64,000 nt of DNA from Candidatus Dadabacteria bacterium (lineage in GTDB: Bacteria; Desulfobacterota_D; UBA1144; Nemesobacterales; CSP1-2). Position numbers and translations under genes: made by a program. Below are positions 61,215 through 64,000 of this stretch, piece after piece. The stretch spans positions 35,739-99,738 of the forward strand of contig PSLL01000003.1 of assembly GCA_040289575.1 (NCBI GenBank). Direction: 5' to 3'. The number at the start of each line of letters is the position of its first letter. Position 1 is the stretch's first letter. The notes beneath the pieces were generated by a model. It had not been told where the DNA came from. It did not search any database and saw only the letters and a list, made by a program, of their open reading frames with translations.

Positions 61215-62636
61215 TTATGTGTCCTTAATTTCTCTCCACATCCTTCTAAAAGGCGTTTTTGATACGGCCGGGAAATCCCGGTGATTTGTCCATCTTGAGA
61301 AAGGCAATGGCAGTGACCTCAGCCTGCCATTCTTGAGCCATGGCTTTTGGACGATATACGATAGTGAAGAGACCAAACTGTAGATTATCTTGTGCTCCAT
61401 AGAAAACCGCCAGAGCCTTACAGCAATCCGCTCTCCGAACCCTGTGTTTTTCCTCCCTTCTTTGCTGTCCTTAACCCTTTTTCTGAGTTCTAACAAAACC
61501 CTGGGGATATCAATTTTTACCGGACAAACATCCTTACACGCGCCGCAAAGGGACGATGCAAATGGAAGGTCCGGTGCTTTATCAATCCCCAAGAGTTGTG
61601 GGGTTAATATTGCTCCAATCGGTCCTGAATATATCCAGCCGTATGAATGTCCGCCTACCTTTCTATATACAGGGCATATGTTGAGGCATGCGCCGCACCT
61701 TATACAGTAGAGCGTTTCTCTTGTCTCTTCATGTGCGAGGATCTCTGATCTTCCGTTGTCCATAATAACCAGGTGAAACTCCTCGGGGCCGTCCGCATCG
61801 CTTTTTCTTTTGGGACCCGTTATAAACGAGACATACGCTGATATCTTCTGCCCTGAGGCACTCCGGAAAAGGACATTTAAAAATGTAGATATGTCCTCAA
61901 ATTTCGGGGTTACCTTTTCTATTCCCATAAGGGCTATGTGTATCCTGGGGATGGTTGTCGAGAGCCTTGCATTCCCTTCGTTCTCGATAATCACAATCGT
62001 CCCGGTTTCCGCTACGGCAAAATTGACCCCCGAGATCCCCATATCGGCGCTGAGAAACTCCCCCCTTAATTTTTCCCTTGCCACCTTGGTTATCTGCTCT
62101 GGCTCTAGGTTTGGCTGTGTATTTAATCTCTCGGTAAAGAGTCTTGCAATGTCCTCTTTTGTCTTGTGGATTGCAGGGGCAAGTATGTGTGATGGACGCT
62201 CTTTTGCAATCTGGACTATATATTCTCCTAGGTCTGTCTCTACAACCCTTATTCCTGCTCCTTCAAGGGCCTGATTGAGCTCTATCTCTTCTGTAGCCAT
62301 GGATTTGCTTTTTACAACCGACTTCACTTTATTCTTTCGCGCTATATCCAGAATGATGCTGCAGGCTTCGTTTCCATCCCTTGCCCAGTGGATTGTTCCT
62401 CCGGCCTTTTTGATGCTCTCTTCGAGTATCTCTAGGTATTGATCTATGTGTTCTATGGTGTTTTTCTTTATCTCTCTGGCTCTTCTTCTTAGATCCTCCC
62501 AGTCTTTAATCTCCCCGGTTGCCCTTTCTCGAATGGCTCTAAAGCGGTCGGTTGCATTTCTTAGTGCCTTTTGGAGATTCTGGTTTTTTAGTGCACTCGC
62601 TGAGTCTATTTCAAACCTTAGTCTTCTAGTCTCCAT
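61215..62636 (-). CDS. lutB: Lactate utilisation Fe-S protein B
   Basis: KSKSM..EE, ETDLGEYI, ENEGN, CIRCGACLNICP, SSLCGAC..VCPV.I. Confidence 0.95.
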   Translation of the reverse strand: METRRLRFEIDSASALKNQNLQKALRNATDRFRAIRERATGEIKDWEDLRRRAREIKKNTIEHIDQYLEILEESIKKAGGTIHWARDGNEACSIILDIARKNKVKSVVKSKSMATEEIELNQALEGAGIRVVETDLGEYIVQIAKERPSHILAPAIHKTKEDIARLFTERLNTQPNLEPEQITKVAREKLRGEFLSADMGISGVNFAVAETGTIVIIENEGNARLSTTIPRIHIALMGIEKVTPKFEDISTFLNVLFRSASGQKISAYVSFITGPKRKSDADGPEEFHLVIMDNGRSEILAHEETRETLYCIRCGACLNICPVYRKVGGHSYGWIYSGPIGAILTPQLLGIDKAPDLPFASSLCGACKDVCPVKIDIPRVLLELRKRVKDSKEGRKNTGFGERIAVRLWRFSMEHKIIYSLVSSLSYIVQKPWLKNGRLRSLPLPFSRWTNHRDFPAVSKTPFRRMWREIKDT

Positions 62637-62673
62637 TGGTAATCTTTGTGTTTTTGTTTGGCTTGTTAATATA

Positions 62674-63423
62674 TTATCTGGAAGCGAGGAGTTCGGCTAT
62701 GTGCATTGTTTTTATTGGAATTCCTCTTCGGCTGAGCGCGCCGCCAATCTGCATGAGACATCCCATATCTGTAGATACAATGGTGTCTGCCCCGCTTTTA
62801 ACAATATTCTCTATCTTTTCATCTAATATTGATGCGGAGACATCGGGGAATTTTACTGAAAACGTCCCTCCAAATCCGCAGCAGGCATCGTGGAGGTTCA
62901 TCTCAATAAATTCAACCCCCTTTACCGATTTTATTAATTTCCTCGGCTCGTCTTTAATCCTGAGTTCCCGTAGGAGATGGCATGAGTCGTGGTATGTTAC
63001 CTTCCCATTATATATTGCGCCTACGTCTTCTACCCTTAGTACATTTACTAGAAATTCTGAGAATTCGTATGTCCTTGACGATATATTATCTAAGACTTCT
63101 ATCATCTTTGGCTCGTTCTTAAACAGCTCCTTATAGAAAACCCTAACCATTGATGTGCATGAGCCCGATGGAGAAACGATAAATCCACTCCGATTAAAGA
63201 CGGAGAGGAATCTCTTCGCAACCTCCTTTGCATCGTGGTGGAACCCACTGTTGAAAGCTGGCTGTCCACAGCATGTTTGGTCTTCTGGGAAATCTATTTC
63301 CACTCCGAGGCTCTTGAGTACTCTTACCATACTCTCTCCGACCTGTGGGAAAAATATGTCTACTAGGCATGTGATAAAAAGAGAGGTTTTTATGTCTATT
63401 GAGTCTTTTTTTGATGTATCCAT
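62674..63423 (-). CDS. lutA: Lactate utilisation protein A (CCG domains)
   Basis: FITCL.D, QTCCGQP, PSGSC, YHDSCH, CCGFGGTF, D.GCLM. Confidence 0.95.
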   Translation of the reverse strand: MDTSKKDSIDIKTSLFITCLVDIFFPQVGESMVRVLKSLGVEIDFPEDQTCCGQPAFNSGFHHDAKEVAKRFLSVFNRSGFIVSPSGSCTSMVRVFYKELFKNEPKMIEVLDNISSRTYEFSEFLVNVLRVEDVGAIYNGKVTYHDSCHLLRELRIKDEPRKLIKSVKGVEFIEMNLHDACCGFGGTFSVKFPDVSASILDEKIENIVKSGADTIVSTDMGCLMQIGGALSRRGIPIKTMHIAELLASR

Positions 63424-63699
63424 TTTTTTTCTTCTGTTTATTTTGTGTGCGGAAGAGTTAAGGAGTTTTATTTTCAATCAATGATGAGTAAATTGTCTGG
63501 GCTTTGGTAGTCTTTTATTTCTAGTAGTTGATTCCAAAAAACTGTTCCTTGATTAATAGGCGTGATATATTTTCATTTTTTTATAACTTACCCCTTATAA
63601 CTCTGCCTTGTTACCAGACCCATTCTATCAAAAACTAGAGACTAAAGTCAAGTAGCCCATTTGCTTGCGATTGGATTTAGTCGCTGTAAAATAAAAGCA

Positions 63700-64000
63700 A
63701 TGGTGTTTGAGGAGTTACCAATTCCACCCCATTTTAATCCAGATAATGTAGGGAGAATCTGGAAGGTAGCCTACGAGGAGATTGCAAGGGCTGCAACAAA
63801 ATGGGCTGAAGAGTACAATATTCAGCCGGCCGCTAAGGACCGATTCAAAGTGTGCTTAGTGGCTGTGGATGTTCAGAACACATTCTGTATTCCGGGTTTT
63901 GAGCTTTATGTCGGTGGCCGATCTGGAACAGCGGCAGTTGATGATAACAGGCGGCTTTGTGGGTTTATTTATCGTAATCTCTACAGAATTACTCAGATTG
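63700..64000 (+). CDS. Isochorismatase/nicotinamidase-like hydrolase (partial, runs off the window)
   Basis: [12 protein letters not shown]...[39 protein letters not shown]. DxQNxF is the isochorismatase motif. Confidence 0.85.
   Translation, partial: MVFEELPIPPHFNPDNVGRIWKVAYEEIARAATKWAEEYNIQPAAKDRFKVCLVAVDVQNTFCIPGFELYVGGRSGTAAVDDNRRLCGFIYRNLYRITQI

Overview
64 kb of a draft bacterial scaffold with three N-gaps. The gene order (ftsH-folP-cdaA-cdaR-glmM-pdxJ-acpS, futalosine mqn genes, mltA) suggests a diderm, deltaproteobacteria-like lineage; this is inference only. The left ~25 kb is an accessory, decaying region. It contains the menaquinone genes ubiX/ubiD-like/mqnE split by inserted DNA (a dead toxin-antitoxin pair, a MORN protein, a gene with an attC-like tail), an M1 aminopeptidase, mltA, mtgA, two PPOX/F420-type genes, an IS200 relic and about ten disrupted genes. 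The right ~39 kb is mostly intact housekeeping and catabolic genes: rsmB-rpe, folC, fur, the ftsH/c-di-AMP operon, cysK, PBP1A, a Cys-less thiolase pair with DUF35 and acyl-CoA dehydrogenase, a 2-oxoacid:ferredoxin oxidoreductase and lutABC. The best candidate for an undescribed system is a three-gene module coupled to rsmB-rpe: a TPR protein with a TFIIB/cyclin-like C-terminal domain, a DnaD-like protein, and a Cys-rich DnaC/DnaI-like AAA+ ATPase. Also notable are heptamer-periodic intergenic palindromes. No rRNA, tRNA or CRISPR array was seen. All family calls come from motif recognition by eye; no searches were run.
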